A stretch of DNA of 64,000 nt from Phoronis australis. Taxonomy: Eukaryota > Animalia > Phoronida. Below are positions 62,478 through 64,000 of this stretch, in pieces. The notes under the pieces were generated by a model, which saw only the letters and a list, made by a program, of their open reading frames with translations, was not told the origin of the DNA and did no database searches. Each line of letters starts with the position of its first letter. Within the stretch, counting starts at the first letter, position 1. The stretch lies in NCBI GenBank assembly GCA_002633005.1, contig NMRA01000110.1, forward strand, positions 684,448 to 748,447. Reading direction: 5' to 3'. The translations under genes and the position numbers were made by a program.

Positions 62478-64000
62478 ATTTTTATATGCCCACATATTTA
62501 TGCGTGGTCGCATATTGCCGTCATCTCTGTCTGGGCGTCCGGCGTCCGGCGTCCGCAGCTGTATCTCCTTAACCCTTCACAGGATCTTGGTGAGATTTGG
62601 CAGATGTTATCCTATGAAGCTGACGACAGACGAAGACGAATTTTGGATTTTTGTATGTCTCCGACTACTGGTGTGCCCCCTAGTGGCAATTTTAGTTGTT
62701 TACGCTTACCTCTCTATCTTCGGAGATCCTCACCGGATTTCCATGAAATTTGGCAGTTAGGAGTTAGGCATCCATTAGTGAGATGATGCCACCCTCTCGT
62801 TTTCAGACGGATTCGAGGTACTTTCCGCCACCTAGTGAGTATTTTTTACTCTTTTCGAGTCTGTTTTTGGCGTCCGTTCTTCTATCAACCAAATCGCTCG
62901 AGGGATGATTTTGAAAATTGGCATCCATGTTCTTACTGTGAAGATGGCGGCTGACGATGATTTTCTGACGACTTCGACAACTGTGGCGCCTCCTAGTGGC
63001 AGTTTTGTGTGTTTTTGCGCCTATGGCTGTATCTCCTAAACCCCTCACAGGATCTGAATGAGATTTGGCAGATGTGTTCCCATTAAGGCGACGACATATG
63101 ACAACGAATTTCGGACCTCTCCGACTACTGGTGTGCCCACTAGTGGCAATTTTTACTGTTTACGAGTCTGTTTTTTGGCGTCCGCCCTTCTATCAATCAA
63201 ACCAGTGTAGGGATGATTTTGAAAATTGGCATGTATGTTTTTATTGGGAAGAGGGCGGCTGACGATCATTTTTCGATGACTTGGAATACTATGGCGCCTC
63301 CTAGTGGCAGTTTTGTTTGTTTTTGTGCCCATAGCTGTATCTCCTAAATGCTCTACAAGATCTTTATTGAATTTTGCTGGTGTATTTATATGAAGTTGAC
63401 AACAGGGGATGACGACTTTCGGAGGGATCGGGCTACTTTTGTGCCCCCTAGTGACAATTTTAGTTTTTACGTTAACTCTGTATCTTAAAGGGTTGTCTAT
63501 GGATTTTCATAAAATTTGACAGTTAGGCATTTACAGTATTAGTGATGTGACGCTATCATCCGGTTTTCGGTATTTGCGGCTCCTTGTGGCCATTTTTACT
63601 GTTTTCCACTCTTGTTATTTGGCGTCTGCCCCTCTGTCAACCAAGCCACGATGGTTGTGGACTAATTGGCATTTATGTTCCTAGTGGGAAGAGGAAGTAT
63701 ATCGATGATTTTTAGACGACTTTATCTACTTTGGCGGCTCTCATTAGTGGCAGTTATGTTTTTTGCGCGTATAGCCTCATAGTGGCAATTTCATTTTTTC
63801 GTTTTCATCTGTTTTCTCAGAAGTTACTTGACGGATTTTTATGAAATTTGGTAAATAGCTTTGATGACACTTACAAATTCTCCGATGGATTTCACATATT
63901 TTGAGCCATCTAGTTGCCATTTTTATTTTCCAAATAAACACTCCTAGAAGTACACTGTTAGCGGTGCATTCGCGGGCGTATTTCAACGCTCTGCGTTGCT
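62478..64000 (+). mobile_element. Helentron-associated non-autonomous element (HINE/DINE-1/pearl-like) with internal array of about 150-bp subunits
   Basis: T-rich start, 5' subTIR ATATGCCCAC (about 62485), short (cgtccgg)n microsatellite and diverged tandem subunits recurring at about 62560, 63027 and 63336. The 3' end has subTIR GCGGGCGTAT (about 63972) followed by the hairpin CAACGC-tct-GCGTTG. Confidence 0.7.

Overview
AT-rich, intron-rich animal genomic DNA from a draft, heterozygous assembly: N gaps, plus single-N joins flanked by duplicated sequence. An invertebrate such as a hemichordate or other deuterostome is plausible, but the species cannot be determined from this window. Manual GT-AG splicing gives five protein-coding genes. 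(1) A minus-strand YJR142W/TNR3-like NUDIX hydrolase that runs off the left edge. (2) A minus-strand GLTP-domain CPTP-like gene whose ceramide-1-phosphate-binding residues are mostly replaced. (3) A plus-strand RING/TRAF-zinc-finger E3-like protein of about 855 aa with a long disordered tail, arranged head-to-head with gene 2. (4) A three-exon TPPP/p25-alpha gene. (5) A 13-exon SLC37/GlpT-like MFS transporter. Mobile DNA includes a THAP-encoding, Kolobok-like element inserted at TTAA in one apparent haplotype of a NUDIX intron (the empty site is visible 844 bp away), a decayed Sola3-like transposase, several MITEs, and a Helentron-associated (HINE/DINE-1-like) element with an array of CTCF-like motifs. 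No rRNA, convincing tRNA, CRISPR array or clearly novel multi-gene system was seen. All family calls come from motifs recalled from memory, not from database searches.
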